Source: Escherichia coli | GTDB lineage: Bacteria > Pseudomonadota > Gammaproteobacteria > Enterobacterales > Enterobacteriaceae | NCBI RefSeq assembly: GCF_024502345.1 | Contig: NZ_JALDNN010000001.1 | DNA length: 64,000 nt | Strand: one strand, 5' to 3' | In this document: piece after piece, positions 56,720 through 64,000 of the stretch | Layout: every line of letters starts with the position of its first letter | Position numbering within the stretch: the stretch's first letter is position 1 | Program-made: the position numbers and the translations under genes | The notes under the pieces: generated by a model | The model's input: the letters and a program-made list of their open reading frames with translations, nothing else | Told to the model about the DNA's origin: nothing | Databases searched by the model: none

Positions 56720-57979
56720 TTATGAGCGTTTCATCATTTCGAAGAAATCGTCATTGGTCTTGGTCATGGCCAGTTTATTAATGAGGAATTCCATTGCATC
56801 GATTTCGCCCATCGGGTGAATGATTTTGCGCAGGATCCACATTTTCTGCAGTTCTTCCTGAGTCGTGAGCAGCTCTTCTTTACGGGTACCGGAACGGTTG
56901 TAGTCGATAGCCGGGAAGACGCGTTTTTCAGCGATCTTACGAGAGAGGTGCAGTTCCATGTTGCCTGTACCTTTAAACTCTTCGTAAATAACTTCGTCCA
57001 TTTTAGAACCGGTATCGATAAGCGCCGTCGCGATAATGGTCAGGCTGCCGCCCTCTTCCACGTTACGCGCCGCACCGAAGAAGCGTTTCGGACGATGAAG
57101 GGCATTGGCGTCCACACCACCGGTCAACACTTTACCTGACGCCGGAACAACAGTGTTGTAAGCGCGCGCCAGACGAGTGATGGAGTCGAGCAGAATGATA
57201 ACGTCTTTCTTGTGCTCAACCAGGCGTTTGGCCTTCTCGATCACCATTTCCGCAACCTGAACGTGGCGAGATGCGGGTTCGTCAAAGGTAGAAGCAACAA
57301 CTTCACCTTTTACCAGACGCTGCATCTCGGTTACTTCTTCCGGACGTTCGTCGATCAGCAGAACCATCAGCACACAATCCGGGTGGTTGTAAGCAATGCT
57401 CTGAGCAATGTTCTGCAGCAGCATAGTTTTACCGGCTTTCGGCGGTGCCACAATCAGACCACGCTGACCACGACCGATAGGTGATGCCAGATCCAGTACG
57501 CGAGCAGTTAAATCTTCAGTAGAACCGTTACCACGTTCCATACGCAGACGAGAGTTTGCGTGCAGCGGGGTTAAGTTCTCAAAGAGGATTTTGTTGCGGG
57601 CGTTTTCAGGTTTGTCGAAGTTAACTTCGTTAACTTTCAGCAGCGCAAAATAGCGTTCACCTTCTTTCGGCGGGCGAATCTTACCAGAGATGGTATCACC
57701 AGTGCGGAGGTTGAAACGGCGGATTTGGCTAGGGGAAACGTAGATGTCATCAGGACCGGCGAGGTAGGAGCTGTCTGCGGAACGGAGGAAACCAAATCCA
57801 TCCTGCAATATCTCTAGTACGCCATCACCAAAGATATCTTCGCCACTCTTTGCGTGCTGCTTCAGGATGGCAAAAATAATGTCCTGCTTACGCATACGAG
57901 CCAGGTTTTCCAGCCCCATATTTTCGCCGAGAGTGATCAGCTCAGAAACCGGCGTATTCTTTAATTCGGTAAGATTCAT
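56720..57979 (-). CDS. rho: Transcription termination factor Rho
   Basis: 419-aa protein from [39 protein letters not shown]..; Walker A PPKAGKT; longer six-frame start rejected. Confidence 0.98.
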
Positions 57980-58063
57980 AGTGGTGTGAGTTCTTAAACT
58001 TGGGGTAAATCTCGAACTTAATGTTGTGAATGGTATGGCAGGATCATCCATGCCTGTTTACGG

Positions 58064-58165
58064 TCATCGACTCATGTCTTTTCGCTGCCTGGTCACAGGA
58101 GAGTACGCAGAACTGAAACGACAAGACGGATTGAGTGACGAGCCAGAAATCTGTTCACTTCGCAT
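58064..58165 (-). CDS. rhoL: rho operon leader peptide
   Basis: 33-codon ORF MRSEQISGSSLNPSCRFSSAYSPVTRQRKDMSR upstream of rho on same strand. Confidence 0.7.
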   Translation of the reverse strand: MRSEQISGSSLNPSCRFSSAYSPVTRQRKDMSR

Positions 58166-58305
58166 TTAAGATAAAACGGGAAGCGTTGGAAATTACAAGA
58201 TTCAAACTTAATAAGGTATGTTTAATACGAAGTCAACACTAAGTTAGCATGACTCACGCCGGGCGTCCAGTTTTTAGCGACGGGGCACCCGAACATGAAA
58301 TTCCC

Positions 58306-58635
58306 TTACGCCAGGTTAGCGTCGAGGAACTCTTTCAACTGACCTTTAGACAGTGCACCCACTTTGGTTGCCGCCACTTCACCGTTTTTGAACAGCAGCA
58401 GAGTCGGGATACCACGGATGCCATATTTCGGCGCAGTGCCAGGGTTTTGATCGATGTTCAGTTTTGCAACGGTCAGTTTGCCCTGATATTCGTCAGCGAT
58501 TTCATCCAGAATCGGGGCGATCATTTTGCACGGACCGCACCACTCTGCCCAGAAATCGACGAGGATCGCCCCGTCCGCTTTGAGTACATCCGTGTCAAAA
58601 CTGTCGTCAGTCAGGTGAATAATTTTATCGCTCAT
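58306..58635 (-). CDS. trxA: Thioredoxin 1
   Basis: 109-aa protein [41 protein letters not shown] (WCGPC active site). Confidence 0.98.
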
Positions 58636-58765
58636 ATATAACTCCACAGGAATAAGCCTGGCGTGTTGGTTTCGTTGTTGGTGTAACATTAACCAACTAA
58701 AGGTTGACTTTATTTCACCGGATACGCTTTCGTAAAGCAATAGTAAGCTGATATTCTACCACACT

Positions 58766-60031
58766 ATGAGCAAAACACATTTAACAGAACAGAAGTTTTC
58801 CGACTTCGCCCTGCATCCGAAGGTTGTAGAAGCCCTTGAAAAAAAAGGGTTTCATAACTGTACGCCCATTCAGGCACTGGCCCTTCCGCTGACGCTGGCG
58901 GGTCGTGACGTAGCCGGGCAGGCGCAAACCGGTACCGGGAAAACGATGGCGTTTCTTACGTCAACGTTTCATTATCTTCTCTCTCATCCTGCGATTGCCG
59001 ATCGCAAGGTGAATCAACCACGTGCCTTAATTATGGCACCGACGCGTGAACTTGCCGTGCAGATCCATGCCGACGCAGAACCGCTGGCGGAAGCTACCGG
59101 CCTGAAGCTGGGTCTGGCTTACGGTGGTGATGGCTACGACAAACAGCTGAAAGTGCTGGAAAGCGGCGTTGACATTCTGATTGGCACTACGGGGCGTTTA
59201 ATTGACTACGCCAAGCAGAACCACATTAACCTCGGTGCCATTCAGGTGGTGGTACTGGACGAAGCCGATCGCATGTACGATCTGGGCTTTATTAAAGATA
59301 TCCGCTGGCTGTTCCGCCGTATGCCGCCTGCAAACCAGCGCCTCAACATGCTGTTCTCCGCCACGCTTTCGTACCGGGTACGTGAACTGGCGTTCGAGCA
59401 GATGAACAATGCCGAATATATTGAAGTGGAACCGGAACAGAAAACGGGCCACCGTATTAAAGAAGAGCTTTTCTACCCTTCTAACGAAGAAAAAATGCGT
59501 TTGCTGCAAACGCTGATCGAAGAAGAGTGGCCAGACAGAGCGATTATTTTCGCCAATACCAAACACCGTTGTGAAGAGATCTGGGGCCACCTGGCGGCAG
59601 ATGGTCATCGTGTCGGTTTGTTGACAGGCGATGTCGCGCAGAAAAAACGTCTGCGTATTCTTGATGAATTTACCCGTGGCGATCTGGATATTCTGGTTGC
59701 CACCGACGTTGCCGCGCGTGGTTTGCATATTCCGGCAGTGACGCACGTCTTTAACTACGATTTACCCGATGACTGTGAAGATTACGTTCACCGTATTGGT
59801 CGTACAGGTCGCGCAGGCGCAAGCGGTCACTCTATCAGCCTGGCGTGTGAAGAGTATGCATTGAATTTGCCTGCTATTGAGACCTATATTGGTCACTCAA
59901 TTCCGGTAAGCAAATACAATCCGGACGCATTGATGACCGATCTGCCAAAACCGCTGCGCCTCACGCGCCCGCGCACAGGCAATGGTCCGCGTCGTACTGG
60001 CGCTCCGCGTAATCGTCGTCGTTCAGGTTAA
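58766..60031 (+). CDS. rhlB: ATP-dependent RNA helicase RhlB (DEAD-box)
   Basis: 421-aa ORF with Q motif, Walker [13 protein letters not shown] box (VLDEAD), Arg-rich C-terminus. Confidence 0.95.
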
Positions 60032-60166
60032 ATAAAAAATGTCATACTCAAAATCATTCAAACTGTATCAAGATGGCAAGAGAATGAATCCCGATGAGCT
60101 TACTGTAGTAAGTGATTCAGGTGAAAGAATGCAGCCAACACAGAGACAGATTGAAGGATGAAGAGT

Positions 60167-61651
60167 ATGGGTTCCACCTCGTCGCTGTATGCAGCCATTG
60201 ATCTCGGTTCGAATAGTTTTCATATGCTGGTTGTGCGCGAGGTGGCTGGAAGCATCCAGACGCTGACGCGAATAAAACGCAAAGTGCGTCTGGCTGCTGG
60301 CCTGAATAGCGAAAATGCCCTCTCCAATGAAGCAATGGAGCGCGGTTGGCAATGTTTGCGCCTGTTTGCTGAACGTCTGCAAGATATTCCTCCCTCGCAA
60401 ATTCGCGTTGTCGCTACGGCGACGTTACGCCTTGCCGTCAATGCGGGTGATTTTATTGCCAAAGCGCAGGAAATTCTCGGTTGTCCGGTACAGGTGATCA
60501 GCGGTGAAGAGGAAGCACGTCTGATTTATCAGGGCGTTGCTCACACCACTGGTGGTGCCGATCAGCGCCTGGTGGTGGATATAGGCGGAGCCAGTACTGA
60601 ACTGGTAACCGGCACGGGTGCACAAACCACCTCGTTGTTTAGCCTGTCGATGGGCTGCGTCACCTGGCTGGAACGCTATTTTGCCGATCGTAATCTGGGG
60701 CAGGAAAATTTTGATGCTGCAGAAAAAGCGGCACGCGAAGTGTTACGTCCGGTTGCCGATGAATTACGGTATCACGGCTGGAAAGTGTGCGTTGGTGCTT
60801 CCGGCACCGTGCAGGCGTTACAGGAAATCATGATGGCACAGGGGATGGATGAACGCATTACCCTGGAAAAGTTGCAGCAATTGAAACAACGCGCCATTCA
60901 TTGCGGTCGGCTGGAGGAACTGGAGATTGACGGGCTGACGCTGGAACGTGCGTTAGTGTTCCCGAGTGGTCTGGCGATCCTGATCGCCATTTTTACCGAA
61001 CTGAATATTCAGTGTATGACCCTGGCGGGCGGTGCGCTGCGTGAAGGCCTGGTCTACGGCATGTTGCATCTGGCCGTCGAGCAGGATATTCGCAGCCGTA
61101 CGCTGCGTAATATTCAACGCCGCTTTATGATCGATATTGATCAGGCACAGCGCGTAGCCAAAGTTGCGGCTAACTTCTTCGATCAGGTGGAAAACGAATG
61201 GCATCTTGAAGCAATAAGCCGCGATTTGCTCATCAGCGCCTGTCAGCTTCATGAAATCGGCCTGAGCGTTGACTTCAAACAAGCGCCGCAACACGCTGCT
61301 TATCTGGTGCGTAATCTGGATCTTCCCGGTTTTACCCCCGCACAGAAAAAATTGCTGGCGACGCTACTGCTCAACCAGACTAATCTGGTCGATCTCTCAT
61401 CGCTGCATCAGCAAAATGCCGTACCGCCGCGCGTCGCAGAACAACTCTGCCGTTTACTACGCCTGGCCATCATTTTTGCCAGCCGTCGCCGTGACGATCT
61501 CGTGCCAGAGATGACATTACAGGCTAACCATGAGCTGTTGACCTTGACGCTTCCGCAAGGTTGGCTAACCCAACATCCGCTGGGTAAAGAGATTATTGCT
61601 CAGGAAAGCCAGTGGCAGAGCTATGTCCACTGGCCGCTGGAAGTGCATTAA
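60167..61651 (+). CDS. gppA: Guanosine pentaphosphate phosphohydrolase / exopolyphosphatase
   Basis: 494-aa protein from [23 protein letters not shown] (Ppx/GppA family). Confidence 0.95.
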   Translation: MGSTSSLYAAIDLGSNSFHMLVVREVAGSIQTLTRIKRKVRLAAGLNSENALSNEAMERGWQCLRLFAERLQDIPPSQIRVVATATLRLAVNAGDFIAKAQEILGCPVQVISGEEEARLIYQGVAHTTGGADQRLVVDIGGASTELVTGTGAQTTSLFSLSMGCVTWLERYFADRNLGQENFDAAEKAAREVLRPVADELRYHGWKVCVGASGTVQALQEIMMAQGMDERITLEKLQQLKQRAIHCGRLEELEIDGLTLERALVFPSGLAILIAIFTELNIQCMTLAGGALREGLVYGMLHLAVEQDIRSRTLRNIQRRFMIDIDQAQRVAKVAANFFDQVENEWHLEAISRDLLISACQLHEIGLSVDFKQAPQHAAYLVRNLDLPGFTPAQKKLLATLLLNQTNLVDLSSLHQQNAVPPRVAEQLCRLLRLAIIFASRRRDDLVPEMTLQANHELLTLTLPQGWLTQHPLGKEIIAQESQWQSYVHWPLEVH

Positions 61652-61659
61652 TGAGTAAG

Positions 61660-61693
61660 TGCCGGATGCGATGCTGACGCATCTTTTCCGGCC
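61660..61693. repeat. REP element between convergent gppA and rep
   Basis: GTGCCGGATGCGATGCTGACGCATCTTTTCCGGCC. Confidence 0.6.
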
Positions 61694-61697
61694 TTGA

Positions 61698-63719
61698 TTA
61701 TTTCCCTCGTTTTGCCGCCATCATCGCTTTCAGATTCGCCAGATGGCTTTGCCCTTTCTGCATCCGTTCTTCGGCGCTGACCACTTTGCGCTCCTGTTCC
61801 CAAATCAGATCATCCTGCGGCAGCTCCAGCAAAAATCGGCTCGGCTCCGGGCGCACCAGTTCGCCGTACTGACGGCGTTCTTTACACAGCGTAAAGGTCA
61901 ATTCCTTCTGGGCGCGGGTAATGCCGACATAGGCCAGCCGCCGCTCCTCATCGATATTATCTTCATCGATGCTGCTCTGGTGCGGCAAAAACCCTTCTTC
62001 CATACCGACCATGTAGACATAAGGAAACTCCAGCCCTTTCGACGCGTGGAGAGTCATCAGTTGCACCTGATCCAGCTCTTCTTCACTCTCACCACGCTCC
62101 ATCATGTCGCGCAAAGTAAAGCGCGTCACCACCTGGGTGAGCGTCATCGGCTCATCCAGTTCACTGCCTTCCAGCATCTCCGTCATCCAGCTAAACAGTT
62201 GGTTGACGTTCTTCATGCGCATTTCGGCGGCTTTCGGGCTGGGCGATGTTTCGTACAGCCAGGATTCATAATCCATGCCATGGATCAGATCACGCACCGC
62301 AGCAATCGGCTCCCGCTCCGCCAGGCGCTGGATTTCTGCCAACCAGTGAGTGAAGCGGGTCAATGCTTCATAACCACGTCCGCTAAGCGTCTGACTCAGG
62401 CCCATATCAAAGCTGGCGGTAAACATGCTTTTATTGCGCGTCATCGCCCACTCACCCAGCTTTTTCAGCGTCGCAGGGCCAATCTCTCGCTTCGGCGTGT
62501 TAACGATACACAGAAATGCGCTGTCATCGTCCGGGTTAGTCAGCACGCGCAGATAAGCCAGCAAGTCCTTGATTTCAGGACGAGAGAAAAACGACGTACC
62601 ACCGGATATTTTGTACGGGATGCGGTTTTGCATCAGGAATTTTTCAAATACCCGCGACTGATGGTTGCCGCGATAAAGAATGGCATAATCTTTGTACTGC
62701 GTTTTATTGACGAAGTGATGGGCGATCAGCTCGCCAGTAACGCGCTCGGCTTCATGTTCCTCGTTATTCGCGCTTAAAACTTTTAGCTCTGTGCCGTAAC
62801 CCAGTTCGGAGAACAGACGCTTTTCAAAGACGTGCGGGTTATTGGCGATCAGGATGTTCGCCGCTTTCAGAATACGCCCGGAAGAGCGATAGTTCTGCTC
62901 AAGCTTAATCACCTTCAGCGCCGGAAAATCCTGACTCAGCAGCACCAGGTTTTGCGGACGTGCACCGCGCCAGGAGTAGATCGACTGGTCATCGTCACCC
63001 ACCACGGTAAAGCGCGCGCGGCTGCCCACCAGCAGTTTCACCAGCTCATACTGGCTGGTGTTGGTGTCCTGATACTCATCCACCAGCAGATAGCGAATTT
63101 TGTTCTGCCAGCGCTCGCGGACTTCTTCATTGCGTTGCAGCAGCAACGTCGGCAATAAAATCAGATCATCGAAGTCGAGAACGTTACAGGCTTTCAGGTG
63201 TGCATCATACAGCCCATAACAATGGGCAAAAATACGATCCCGCTCGCCCTTTGCCTCTGCCGCCGCCTGCGCCGGAGTTTTGAGATCGTTCTTCCAGTTA
63301 GAGATGGTCGAAATCAGTTGTTGCAGGAGAACTTTGTCATCTTCAATCAGCCCCTCGGTCAACTCTTTAAGCAAAGCAAGCTGATCGGTATCGTCAAACA
63401 ACGAGAAGTTCGCTTTCATCCCAAGCGCCGCATACTCGCGTTTGATGATATCCAGCCCCAACGTGTGGAAGGTGGAGATCATCAGCCCACGCGCCTCTTT
63501 GCGCCCCAGCGTCTGCCCGACACGCTCTTTCATCTCGCGCGCCGCCTTATTGGTAAAGGTCACTGCCGCGATATGTCGCGCCTGATAACCGCAACCGCGG
63601 ATCAGATGGGCGATTTTATTGGTGATAACACGAGTTTTACCGGAACCCGCGCCCGCCAGCACCAGGCAGGGGCCGGTAACGAATTCGACAGCTTGTTGTT
63701 GGCCGGGGTTTAGACGCAT
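61698..63719 (-). CDS. rep: ATP-dependent DNA helicase Rep
   Basis: 673-aa protein from [31 protein letters not shown] (Walker A); SF1 helicase; longer six-frame start rejected. Confidence 0.97.
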   Translation of the reverse strand: MRLNPGQQQAVEFVTGPCLVLAGAGSGKTRVITNKIAHLIRGCGYQARHIAAVTFTNKAAREMKERVGQTLGRKEARGLMISTFHTLGLDIIKREYAALGMKANFSLFDDTDQLALLKELTEGLIEDDKVLLQQLISTISNWKNDLKTPAQAAAEAKGERDRIFAHCYGLYDAHLKACNVLDFDDLILLPTLLLQRNEEVRERWQNKIRYLLVDEYQDTNTSQYELVKLLVGSRARFTVVGDDDQSIYSWRGARPQNLVLLSQDFPALKVIKLEQNYRSSGRILKAANILIANNPHVFEKRLFSELGYGTELKVLSANNEEHEAERVTGELIAHHFVNKTQYKDYAILYRGNHQSRVFEKFLMQNRIPYKISGGTSFFSRPEIKDLLAYLRVLTNPDDDSAFLCIVNTPKREIGPATLKKLGEWAMTRNKSMFTASFDMGLSQTLSGRGYEALTRFTHWLAEIQRLAEREPIAAVRDLIHGMDYESWLYETSPSPKAAEMRMKNVNQLFSWMTEMLEGSELDEPMTLTQVVTRFTLRDMMERGESEEELDQVQLMTLHASKGLEFPYVYMVGMEEGFLPHQSSIDEDNIDEERRLAYVGITRAQKELTFTLCKERRQYGELVRPEPSRFLLELPQDDLIWEQERKVVSAEERMQKGQSHLANLKAMMAAKRGK

Positions 63720-63925
63720 AGGTGTATTGCTCAATCTTCGAACGGGGGGAGGATTGTAGCAGAATCGCATTTGAATGTGACCGCGTGTAAGCCGCTAACC
63801 GGTTGGCTGCGGATGTTTAAATCAGAGAGAGAAGACCGAAATCGGAGTTCATCGTGAATCCATTAGACTTAGAAAATATCGGGTCGTAACGTTGTGTTAT
63901 TACTTTTTCAGAGTTTACTAAGGAG

Positions 63926-64000
63926 AGGTTTACTCGTGGCGATTAATTTCAGCCCTAAGGTTGGTGAAATACTGGAATGCAACTTTGGTAACTATCCTGT
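63926..64000 (+). CDS. 5' end of an ORF continuing beyond the window (GTG start, AINFSPKVGEILECNFGNYP..); identity not determined
   Basis: Open frame preceded by GGAGAGG Shine-Dalgarno-like sequence; too short to classify. Confidence 0.25.

Noticed and set aside
56720-58051. N-terminally extended six-frame ORFs for rho (443 aa), trxA (144 aa), uvrD (783 aa), rep (690 aa), yigL (308 aa), aslB (421 aa), wecB (390 aa)
   Set aside because: The extensions are read-through from the upstream stop to the first in-frame Met; the canonical internal starts give the known protein N-termini and lengths.
61743-62777. 344-aa plus-strand ORF inside rep (similar cases: 51913-52653 in wecC, 12240-12947 in recQ, 23504-24166 across uvrD/yigB, 5598-6200 in metE)
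   Set aside because: All lie antisense within conserved genes and have Arg/His-rich low-complexity translations; treated as non-coding.

Overview
This window is an Escherichia coli / Shigella-type chromosomal segment, collinear (in reverse-complement orientation) with the E. coli K-12 rep-to-ysgA region. Gene identities and the comparison to K-12 are from memory of the protein families and gene order, not from a database search. The conserved backbone is intact: ysgA (5' partial), metE/metR, yigM, yigL, pldB, rhtB/rhtC, recQ, pldA, yigI, rarD, corA, yigE, uvrD, yigB, xerC, yigA, dapF, yifL, cyaY, cyaA, hemCDXY, the sRNA glmZ, aslA/aslB, the proM-leuT-hisR-argX tRNA cluster, yifK, the enterobacterial common antigen cluster (wecG to wecA), rho with its leader rhoL, trxA, rhlB, gppA and rep. 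Three accessory islets interrupt it. (1) 1182-3630, between ysgA and metE: a degraded T6SS-type Hcp gene with an in-frame TAA, split by a 1057-bp IS903-family element with a 9-bp target duplication, followed by an overlapping toxin-like / immunity-like ORF pair. (2) About 15990-19415, between rarD and corA: AT-rich DNA with two small membrane ORFs, a diverged duplicate of the corA 3' end, a complete IS1 with a 9-bp target duplication, and a translationally coupled two-gene cassette whose first gene is split by an 8-bp tandem repeat. (3) 27271-30303, between yifL and cyaY: two tandem paralogous secreted repeat proteins (DKNYY-like motifs), the first carrying an in-frame TGA. Islets 2 and 3 are the best candidates for an uncharacterised system; each islet carries at least one inactivating lesion. 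No CRISPR array, integrase or rRNA gene was seen.
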